Assembly: GCF_004010195.1 (NCBI RefSeq)
Contig: NC_057753.1
Coordinates: 8,051,277-8,071,276 of the forward strand
Length of the DNA: 20,000 nt
Direction: 5' to 3'
Source of the DNA: Chiloscyllium plagiosum
Lineage: Eukaryota
Part shown: positions 10,660-20,000 of the stretch, piece after piece
Layout: each line of letters starts with the position of its first letter
Position numbering within the stretch: position 1 is the first letter of the stretch
The notes under the pieces: generated by a model
Seen by the model: only the letters and a program-made list of their open reading frames with translations
The model's database searches: none
Told to the model about the DNA's origin: nothing
Made by a program: the position numbers and the translations under genes

Positions 10660-11611
10660 CAACTTGAATTAAGCTTTCTACTTTAGTACTGAGTGGGTAT
10701 TCAGATAATTGGGGTATGGATGCTAGGGCAGTTGCCTGCTCCTCCTGCAGAATGAGGCAGGTGAGAAACATGGCATACGTCTCCGCTGCTACATCTGCGG
10801 GAAGTGCACCCAACTCCAGCTCCTTGCAAACCGTGTTAGGGAATTGGAACTGGAGTTGGAGCTGGATGAACTACGGATCATTCGGGAGGCTGAGGGGCTA
10901 CTTGAGAGGAGTTACCGGGAGTTGGTCACTCCTAAGGCTCAGGACAAGCATAGATGGGTTACAGTTAAGGGGAGGAAAGGGAACAGACAGACAGTGCAGA
11001 GATGCCCTGTGGACATTCCCCTCAGCAATAACTATACCGTTTTGGATACTGCTGGGGGGATGACCTACCAGAGGAAAGCCATAGGAGTCAGTTCTCTGGC
11101 ACTGAGCTTGACACTGTGGCAAAGAAGGGAAGGGGGCAGAATTGGAAAGTACGCGTGGTAGGGGACACGATAGTTAGGGGAATCGACAGAAGATTTTGTG
11201 GTCAGGATCGGGATTCCCGGAAGGTATGTTGCCTCCCTGGTGCCAGCGTCCGGGACGTCTCTGATCGGGTGTATAAGGTTCTAAAAGGGGAGGGCGAACA
11301 GCCAGAAATCCTGTTACGTATTGGCACTAATGATACAGCCAGAAAAAGGATTGAGGATATAAAAAGTGATTTCAGGGAGTTAGGATGGAAGCTGCAAAAC
11401 AGGACGAACAGAGTAGTGTTCTCTCGTTTACTACCAGTGCCACGAGAGAGCGAGGGGAGGAACAGGGAGCGGGCGCAGTTTAACAAGTGGCTGCGCAGCG
11501 GGTGTAGGAGGGAGGGCTTCAGATATGTAGATAATTGGGATACCTTCTGGGGAAGGTGGGACCTGTACAAGAAGGACGAGTTGCATCTGAACTGGAAGGG
11601 AACCAATGTCC
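10660..11611 (+). mobile_element. CR1 ORF1 segment (zinc finger/leucine zipper plus SGNH/GDSL esterase), frameshifted, with no ORF2 or 3' end
   Basis: AVACSSCRM..., RELELELELDELRIIREAE, then ORF 11116.. VVGDTIVRG, CCLPGASVRDV, IGTND, DELHLNWKG (SGNH blocks I, II, III and V). Confidence 0.93.
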
Positions 11612-13230
11612 TCGTTTCTGTAGCTTTGATGAACTCTCTGATTAGTAAGGTTACTCCTCTGTTCTTTTTCCACCCTCCCTGTTCTTCTTAAACGTTCTAA
11701 AGCCTAGAACGTCGAGCAAACATTCCACTCCCTGTGAAACCCATGTCTCCGTTATGGCCGGAATATCACAGTTCCAAGTTCTGATTTACGCTGTAAGATC
11801 ATCACTCTTAGTTCGGACACTCTTGCATTAAAATAGACAAAGTTTAATGGACCCCTTTGTTCCATTGCATGACAAACCTTCCCGATGGATTCACTACATA
11901 CTGTCACTTCCCCATAGCTAACTATCCCCCGTTTCAGATATGTAGCTCTAGTTCCCACACCCCCGCCCCCCGCCAAACTAGTTGAAACTCTCGCGAACTA
12001 CACGAGCAAATCTCCGAACCAGGACATTTGTGACCCTCCAATTCAGGTAGAACCGGTCCTTCATGTACAGGTCCCAACTTCCCCACAAGGAATCCTAATG
12101 ATCTAAATATCTGAAGCCCTCCCTCATGCACCAGCTGCACAGTTACGTGTTAAGCAGCACTCGCTGCCTTTTCCTTGCCTCACTATCTCGTGGCACAGGT
12201 AGCAATCCTGAGAAAACCAATCTACTCGTCCTGCTCTTCGGCTTTCAACCTAGCTCTCTGTAGTCACTTTCTAAATCCTGAATTCCTTTCCTGGCTACAT
12301 CATTGGTGCCAATATGTACTACGATTTTTGGTTTTTCACCCTCCCCTTCGGAATCCTGTAAACCCATTCGGCGACATCCTGGCACCTTACAACTGGGAGG
12401 CAGCATACCTTCCTGGAGACCCGTTCCTGATCACAAATTCTCTTGTCAATCCTTCTAAATATTGAGTCCCCTACCACTAGCGCTTTTCTATTCTCCTCCT
12501 TTCCCTACTGAGCCTCAGTACCAGGCTCAGTGCCAGACACCTAAAAACTATGGCTTTGCCCTTGTACGCCATCCCCACCCGCAGTATCCGAAACGGTATA
12601 TATATTACTGAGGGGAACGGCCACAGGGGATCCCTGCTCTATATTTTGGTCCCCTTTCCTCACCCTGACTGTAACCTATCTGTCCTTATTCTGCAGCTGA
12701 GGATTGACCACCATCGTGTACGTCCTCTCATTTTCTCCCTCAGCCTGCCGGATGACCTGTAGTTCATTCAGCTCCAGCCCTAGTTCCCTAATTCTGTTTT
12801 CGAGGAGCTGGAGTAGGGTGCAGATGTGGTCGGCAGAGACATGTATCGTGTCTCTCACCTGCCACATTCTACAGGAGGAACAACTGCCCTATCAGCCATA
12901 TCTCACTAATCTGAAAGCCCACAAATGACTAAACAAGGAAGACTAAACAAGAAAAGAAAAAGAACTCAGAAAACCTGTAAACTTACTTAGTTTACAGAAC
13001 CTAAGCATGGTTCGCGGGGATGGGTAGAATGGTGGCCCTACGGTGTATAGTTTCGGGTTTAGATTTCACCTACTAAAAAGTTTCCCGACAGACCTAATTT
13101 CTCTATGCACTCTCTCCTCACAGCTCTGTTCAAAGTGAAGGCCCGACTGTCGAGGTAAGTCCCTTCATAAGTGGGAAAAGCTGAAGTATTCGGCAGCCCT
13201 CGTTTCTCTCCGCCCTCACTTCTCGCCTGT
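11612..13230 (-). mobile_element. CR1 5' part: 5' UTR, ORF1 and start of the ORF2 endonuclease
   Basis: 12676..12867 reads MWQVRD..LLENRIRELGLELNELQVIRQAE. The esterase C-terminus lies near 12050-12130. ORF2 starts LNFVYFNAR...AITETWVSQG...GVTLLIREFIKATET and ends at 11612. Confidence 0.9.
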
Positions 13231-14350
13231 CTGTTCAACATGGAGGTTTGTATCACATGGATTCCGAGGATCGCCAACGAATTGCATGCAAAATTGACAT
13301 TGTAGAAGACGCAGGACGGAGTTAGAGGATTATTGTTTCGACTCGATATCTGTGACCAGCAGTGTACCACAATAATTGTCTTTGGGTCCATTGTTGCTCA
13401 TCATTTTTACAAATGATTTAGATGGGAATATTGAGGGATGGTTTGCAAGTTTGTGGATGACACCGAATTCTTGGTCCAACGAATAGTTAAGAATGTTTTC
13501 TAACACGACAACGGGATCTTTATCAACTGGGTCAGCTGGCCGAGAAATGGAAAATTGAATACAAGTCAGATAAACGCGAGGTGTTGAGTTTTGGTAAGAC
13601 AATACAGAGGTAGATTTACACAGTTAATTCTAATTTCTCGCGAACTTTGTTGATCAGAGAGTACATGGGTCACGGTAACATAGTTCCTCGAAAGTGGCAC
13701 AGTAATTAGACGGGGTGGTGAATAAGGCGTTTGACATGCATCCCTTCATCATTGAAATCATTGAATACACCAGTTGGGACGTCATGAAAGATATCGGTAG
13801 GGTCAACCTGGAATTCTGCGACTATTGCTCGCCATGCTGTAGGAAGGACGTTACGATACTGGCAATTGTGCAAATATATTTTCAAGGATGTTACCAAGAC
13901 TGGAAGGATTGTGCGATAAGGACAGCATAGATAGTTTGGAACTTTTCTCTCCCTGGATGGTAGGAGTTTGAAGGTTGACTTTTTTCATGATTATAAATTC
14001 ATGAGTGGCACAGAGAAGGTGAAAGACGAAAGTGTTCTCTCGAGGGTAGGGAAACCAAAACTGGAGGACATACATTGAAGATAAGGGGGAAAGCATTGAA
14101 ACAACTTCAGCGGCGATTTTCTGTTTTAACACAGAGCGAGGTGTGTGCATGAAGCCAGCTGTAAAAGTAAGTGGAGGTGGAGGGGAAAATGCAACATGAA
14201 AAAACCTTTAGGCATGTACATGGATCAGAAGGGTCTGCAGTGATTTCGGCAAAACACTGACAAACGTGACTAGTTCAGTTTATAAAACCTGGCCAGCAAG
14301 GCCAATTTGAACTGAAAGTCTGTGTCCAAAATGCATGGCTATGCGTCAAT
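13231..14350 (+). mobile_element. Old CR1 RT to 3' end, continuing 8257-8478
   Basis: SVTSSVPQ*LSLGPLLLIIFTNDLDGNIEG, KFVDDTE, VVNKAFDM, LEFCDYCSPCCRKDV, and a degenerate 3' UTR near 14290-14350. Confidence 0.87.
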
Positions 14351-14354
14351 AAGA

Positions 14355-14495
14355 TGTATATGTGACTGTGTCCGTGGATATGTATCTGTATCAGTGTGTC
14401 TATTTACATCTAACGATGTCTGTGTTCACGTGTACACGTGTGATTCTTTACTGTTGGTGACTATCTTTATGTGTGAATTTGTATCTGTGTGCATT
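14355..14495. repeat. Degenerate TG-rich low-complexity tract
   Basis: Repeated tgtg/tgta/tgtc units. Confidence 0.6.
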
Positions 14496-14728
14496 TCCTT
14501 CTTACGTCAGGGTGTTTATTTTTATTATTGTTTGAATTTAAAATAATTATCAATAATGCATCTGAAAATATTGGTGTCATGCATATAGAAGTTTTTTGTG
14601 TGATATTCAAAGATAAAAACAAAATTATCGAAAGACCCGACTCATCGGATGAGCCTTTAACAACAGAGGGATGAAACCATATGATATAACCTGAATTCAT
14701 TTTTATCACGCGTATCGTTTTGATGATG

Positions 14729-14754
14729 TGGTGGTGGTGGTGGTGGGGGTGGTG
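14729..14754. repeat. (GGT)n microsatellite
   Basis: tggtggtggtggtggtggggtggtg. Confidence 0.85.
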
Positions 14755-14899
14755 TCAATGTTTACAGGTAATTAACAGAAATATGATTATGCAAAAGATT
14801 TCACAAATACCATGTTGCCTGTACTTGGCCCATGCCCTTCTCGTCCTTTATTTTTTATCACACTAATGCGACTTGTTCTATCCATGTCTTTCGCCAGTG

Positions 14900-15956
14900 T
14901 ATTTAATGTATTTAATTATACATCAAACGGTTTCTTATCGTTTTCTGTTTCATTTGCCTCGAACTCAAGCTGCTTACATTTCAATTGTATTTCATTTAGC
15001 TCGAAAGATTTCAAGCATTTCCAGAGAAGTTAAATGCCGAGCAATTGCTATAATTGTCTTTCCGTTTCTCACACAAAAATGTAACTCCAACTTCAGCTTT
15101 TCTGCCAAATTCCAGGAGCTTTGCCTTGTTCACCTTCTGTATAACCCCCATAGTCCCTTCTTCCATACCCAGATAACTCTTAGGGAGTTGAAGAGTCATT
15201 ATTGCACGAAGCACTGTTTAACTAAGTGAGTTCAACACACAGAATAAAAGACTCCAACACTTATCACTCGCTGCATTTGAGTCCAACAATCCTAATCCCA
15301 AAATGAAACTGAACAATAAATCCCACCAAGAACCTTCAATCTGTTATGGAGCGGGCCAGACCCCCTCAAAACATTGTGAGAAGGAAACCCAGACCTTAAT
15401 TGTTTTTCTATTTGTTTAAGCAGATATAAATTGGATACTCCAGGACTGAGTCAGTTGGTCAAACCACTTGGCTCTAAACAAAACAGAAATGTTGAATGAA
15501 TATAAATAAAACACGAACAAAAGAACACAGAATTTAGAATAGCTTTACTGATTGGAAAAATCCAAACGACTCCATCTCAACTTAATGAAGCTGTTGCATT
15601 TCCCCCAACATGCTACAAACGCACCCGTGGCAATAGGTAAATTCGAACACAAGTCCTTACCGCTCCGAGAGAACAACTTCCAAAGAGAGTTCAGGGAGAA
15701 AGCTAATCAGGAAGCATGGATTTCCTTCTCAGTGCAGCTGATTCTCTGTTGCCAGCAGTTTATTTTGACTGCAGGCAAATATTAAGACAATTCGAGCACA
15801 AAACAAAACCTGAATTGGCAGAACTGACCATTCCCGTGTCATTGTTCAAAATAAGCTTTTCCAGACAAATTGTCATCTCCACACTTAGGATCACTCTTGA
15901 AAAGAAAATGCACAGAATAAGTTAATGTGGCAGCATAATCACAGTGGTTACTGACA
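14900..15956 (-). mobile_element. Gypsy-type LTR retrotransposon 5' remnant: LTR 15342-15956, PBS ~15320-15339, degenerate gag start at 15199
   Basis: The LTR has TGTCA...TAACA termini on the minus strand. It is followed by GATTGAAGGTTCTTGGTGGGAT, which resembles the tRNA-Pro PBS TGGGGGCTCGTCCGGGAT. Next comes MTLQLPKSYLGMEEGTMGVIQKVNKAKLLE and a coiled-coil-like IQLKCKQLEFEANETE. Confidence 0.72.
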
Positions 15957-16147
15957 AATAATAGCACGTTGGCTTTTCCATTGTTATTTCGTAATGCCAC
16001 ACAATTGCATTTTTCCTCTCCCGATCCAATATTAAATCTGACCATCGCATTCATCACAGCTCGAAATTACAAATCGTCCCCATCATTCTTCACTGCCAGT
16101 CTATTTTTTCAAAAATTGACATGGTTACTGAACACTTCGTTGTCGAA

Positions 16148-16345
16148 GAATATGGTGCTGGAAAAGCAGAGCTTGTCAGACAGCATCCGAGGAGCAGGAG
16201 AATGCACGTTTCTATCATAACTTCTTCCTGCTGAAGAGCTCATGTTCGAAACATTCCATCCCCTGCTCCTGGGATACTGCTTGACCAGCTTTGTTTTTCC
16301 AGCACCACACTCTGCGACCCTGATCTTCAGCACCTGCAGTTCTTT
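16148..16345. mobile_element. Older palindromic hammerhead-bearing element, flipped relative to 1329-1557
   Basis: Left arm TGGTGCTGGAAAAGCAGAGCTTGTCAGACAGCATCCGAGGAGCAGG is inverted relative to right arm CCTGCTCCTGGGATACTGCTTGACCAGCTTTGTTTTTCCAGCACCA. The centre reads CTGCTGA-A-GAGC-TCAT-GTTC-GAAA, and the right arm carries the CAGCACCTGCAG tail. Confidence 0.82.
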
Positions 16346-16999
16346 GCCGATTTCACATCTCACTGGAATGCACAAACCCGTTTCCAGTTCGGATCATTAT
16401 TCATTGCATTGGTTAGAAATCATTGTGATATTTTGTGCCAAATGTCCCCAACAGTTTACCTGAACGTTAAAGAAAGTTATTTTGCGTTCATTGTTGACAG
16501 TTCAGAACAGTTACTTTTGGTGTGCTTGCACATAGTTCACTGTATTTAAATTCAAAACAAACTGATTAATTTAATTAGATGTGATGCATTAATCCTATGA
16601 CAGATTCTGCATTGGTGATCAAGTGTACTGTACATAAGGTAAAAACAAGGGCTGCAGATGCTGGAAACCAGATTCTAGATTAGAGTGGTGCTGGAAAAGC
16701 ACAGCAGTTCAGGCAGCATCCGAGGAGCAGGAAAATCGACGGTTCGGGCTAAAGCCCTTGCACATAAGCCTATTTCACATCTCACTGGAATGCACAAACC
16801 CGTTTCCAGTTCGGATCATTATTCATTGCATTGGTTAGAAATCATTGTGGTATTTTGTGCCAAATGTCCCCAACAGTTTACCTGAACGTTAAAGAAAGTT
16901 ATTTTGCGTTCATTGTTGACAGTTCAGAACAGTTACTTTTGGTGTGCTTCCATATAGTTCACTGTATTTAAATTCAAAATAAACTGATTAATTTAATTA
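16346..16999. repeat. 232-bp direct duplication (16346-16577 and 16768-16999)
   Basis: Ungapped at offset 422, with about 5 mismatches by eye. Confidence 0.95.
16639..16759 (-). mobile_element. Single-arm sister-subfamily element truncated inside the hammerhead
   Basis: Minus strand starts AA-GGGC-TTTA-GCCC-GAAC-CGTC-GATTTTCCTGCTCC. Flanked by GTACATAAG (16630-16638) and GCACATAAG (16760-16768). Confidence 0.85.
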
Positions 17000-18694
17000 T
17001 AATTTCATGTATTCTGCAGAGTTCCATGCTCGTTTTGCTGATTTAACAGCGGACAGGATTACTGTCACAACATTTCTTGCTGCTATTCCCATTCTTGATC
17101 AGCAGTTGTAGCTTTGTGTGGACAGGTCCAATTGCTTCGATCTCAGCTGACAGTATTACCATCCAAGTCAGGTCTCAGAATTTAAACCTATCCTGATAAA
17201 TGTTTATGTTTATGTAATTAGGCACTCATTTAAAATATACAAAAGAATGTGACAAAGTATTTGCATCAAAGTTTGCATTTAGTACAGTGAAGATTCAACC
17301 CTTTCCCCAGTCATGTTCTTCACAAACAGTCAGATCCCCTTATCACCAAGTTGACCTTCACTTTAAAATTTCTGACTCAACGTATCGTGTCCTTCTGATG
17401 AATTTCTGCTTATTCGCCAACGTAACATTCCCTTTGCTTGCGTCTCTTTTCGAGACACGGGCATTCAGAGCAACTCCAGGACTTTCTCAATGGATACAGA
17501 AAAAAACGTGACTTTTCCCAACTCTGTCTACGGGGCCTAATAACAGACGTTAAGAAATCTATTCACTTCTGAAGGTAACTGGACTAAGTAAACTAAAATG
17601 CCTTTCTGTGACATCGAACCTTTGCCACTGAATGAGCCTAATTTCGGTTGATGTTAGTGTCACTTTCTGAGTTCATGGACATTAAATTGCAAGTCGTTTC
17701 TGTTATCCAGTCGTTTAGCTGACGTCGCTTAATTTCTTCAATATGTTGTTATAACTCAGTTCAAAGACAAAATATTTCCTGACTCCTGACAACATCAAAT
17801 CACATTGAAAGAATAAATACCAAAAGCTAGGCATCTCTCCTTCAGAACTAAAGTTTATAAATATTATTATTAATAAGAATAATATTATTAATAATAATAG
17901 CAAAAACGATATTGTACGAAGTACATTCATCACAAACTTGGCTGCAATTATATTCAGTATTGAGAGATCCAATTCCATGTCAAACATACTGCCTTCAATG
18001 CAGAATCGTTAAATCCAGAGCATAAAGCTTCAATTGCAGAAATACGCTTGGGAAAGCATACAGTCAGCCTTGACATGTCTAAGTCAGCATGATTAGTATT
18101 TTGTTGGATAGCGCGACTGAATATATTCCATTCGTCAGATGAAGCCAATTCAAAGCAGTTGCATTGAATTTCTGCAGATTGATTTTGATCAGATTGTAAT
18201 CACTCTGTTGAAGTAAGATTCACCAGCTTTCTGTCCTTGGTTGTAACACCAGTCTGAGCATAATTAGTTCATGCACACTTCTTCACAAAGAAAAAACACA
18301 TTTTCTGCCAGAACAATCGTCTCCACGATTGAGATGTAAAGGAAATACTCAACAGTTCAGGAAACACTTATAGCCATAGGTGGGCCCAGATAGTGTGTCT
18401 GTTTTGAGCATTTTTTAATATTTCAACTAACTGTATTCCCAATGCAAAAGTAAATGTGTATGGACAGGTGCAATACAGAATATTCTCACGTCAAATTGTG
18501 ACATATTATTGTTACAATTATTTCTATTTACCTCAAAAGTGGAATCATCTTCATGGAATCTGTGTCCTTCGAAGCATTTTCTGTTCATTCATTACTGAGA
18601 GCGTTGCCCTCGGCTGGCTTCTTAGAATTTCCCAGTCTACTTGGAACAGCTAAGGAGCAAGGTCCAAATGTTGTTTTTTAACATACTTTCGAAG

Positions 18695-20000
18695 ATAAAA
18701 CTTTGAACAATGCAGTGACGTAAGAGCATTCGGCCCTCGATGTTGCGCTGATGTATGGAACCGATTTGAATCCCATTTAACCAACACTATTCCATTTTCA
18801 TCCATAAGTCTATTCAATGACCATTTTAGCGGCCCTTAAATTTGGCGTGTCTACTATTGTTGCAGACAGTTCGATCCGTGCTCCTACTACTCTCTGAGTA
18901 AAGAAACTACTTCTAACACCTGCCTTATATCTATCATTCCTAAATTTAAAGCGATGTCCCCTCAAGCTATACATCACCATCCACGCAAAAAGGCTCGTAC
19001 AAACTGACAAACACTCTGATTATCTTGTATGTCTCAATTAACTCACCACTCAATGTTCTTCTCTATAACGAAACCCAGCTTCAAGTCCCTCAGCCATTCC
19101 TCATAAGACCTCCCCTCCATACCAGGCAACATCCTTGTATATCTCCTCTGAACTTTTCCAGTGCTTATAATTTGGTGGCCAGAACTGTGTGAAATATCCC
19201 AAGTGCAGCCGCATAAGAGTTTTGTTCAGCTGCAGTATTACCTCGTGGCTCCGAAACTCAATTCCTCGACAAGTAAAAAGCTAACAGACCGTATGCCTTC
19301 TTAACAACCCTCTCAACCTGGGTGGCAACTTTCAGGGATCTATGTACATGGTCACTCAGATCTCCTTGCTCATCGTCTTCAGCAGGAATCTTACCATTAG
19401 CCAAGTACTCTTGATGCCTGTTGTTTCTTCCAAAGTGAATCACCTCACATCTTTCCGCATTGAACTCCATTTGCCACCTCTCAGCCCAGCTGTGCAGCTT
19501 ATCTATGTCCCTCTGTAACCTGCAACATCCTCCATCACGATCCACAATTCCACCGAAGTTAGTGTCATCCACGAACTTATTAACTCACAGTCCTACGCCC
19601 TCATCTGGGTCATTTATAAAAATGATAAACAGCAGTGGCCCCAAAACAAATCTTTGCGGTACACCACTTGTAACTGAATACGAGGATACATGCTTCCATC
19701 AACCACCACCCTCTGTCTTCTTTCAGCAAGCCAACTTCTGATCGAAACCGCCACATTAACTTCAATTCCATGCCTCCGTATGTTTTGCAATAGCCGACCA
19801 TGAGGAACCCTACCAAAAGCCTTCCTGAAATCCATATACACCACAACAACTGCTTTGCTCTCATCCATCTGTTTGGAAACCATCTCAAAGAACTTAGTAA
19901 GGTTTGTGAGGCACGACCTACCCTTCACAAAACCGTATTGATTATCCTTAAACAATTGAATCCTCCATGGATGATTATATATCCTATTTCTTATAACCTT
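18695..20000 (-). mobile_element. CR1 LINE 3' part (RT and 3' UTR), running off the window
   Basis: QYGFVKGRSCLTNL, VYMDFRKAFGRVPHGRLL, DDTNFGG, WQMEFNAERCEVIHFG, FFTQRVVGA. The 3' tail is near 18700-18750. Confidence 0.95.

Noticed and set aside
14627..14655. Minus-strand CCGATGAG...CGATA and hairpin GACTCATCGGATGAGCC resembling a ribozyme
   Set aside because: Both core boxes are mismatched and there is no stem II pairing, so it is probably chance.
16242..16885. Two ORFs sharing a C-terminus (PISHLTGMHKPVSSSDHYSLHWLEII), suggesting paralogous small genes
   Set aside because: The shared end is a by-product of the 232-bp duplication, and both N-termini lie in repeat elements.
17715..17987. 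ORF with a transmembrane-like LLLLLIILFLLIIIFI stretch
   Set aside because: It is the translation of an AT-rich (AAT/ATT) low-complexity, intron-like spacer.
1..20000. Prokaryotic systems (CRISPR array, retron, defence operon)
   Set aside because: There is no regularly spaced repeat-spacer array or operon-like gene density. All RT-like sequences are degraded eukaryotic retroelements.

Overview
Repeat-dense eukaryotic DNA, inferred from its repeat repertoire to be cartilaginous fish (HE1/V-SINEs, HER1/CR1 LINEs; probably a carpet/bamboo shark). I found no intact host protein-coding gene, and the listed ORFs are mostly transposon debris or antisense noise. The window holds a Penelope-like element (GIY-YIG remnant) with inverted pLTRs, several short Penelope-type elements carrying minimal hammerhead-ribozyme motifs (two are palindromic, three have apparent target-site duplications), three V-SINEs, a Rex1/Babar fragment, a Gypsy 5' LTR with PBS and gag start, a probable solo LTR and many CR1 pieces. 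The CR1 pieces include a four-level nested stack at about 6.8-14.3 kb. Highlights are the hammerhead-bearing mini-elements, a near full-length CR1 in which about 1 kb of ORF2 is replaced by an inverted ORF1 from a sister copy, a 232-bp duplication bracketed by ribozyme elements, and traces of a possible decayed minus-strand spliced gene. All alignments and translations were done by eye, so boundaries are approximate unless stated.
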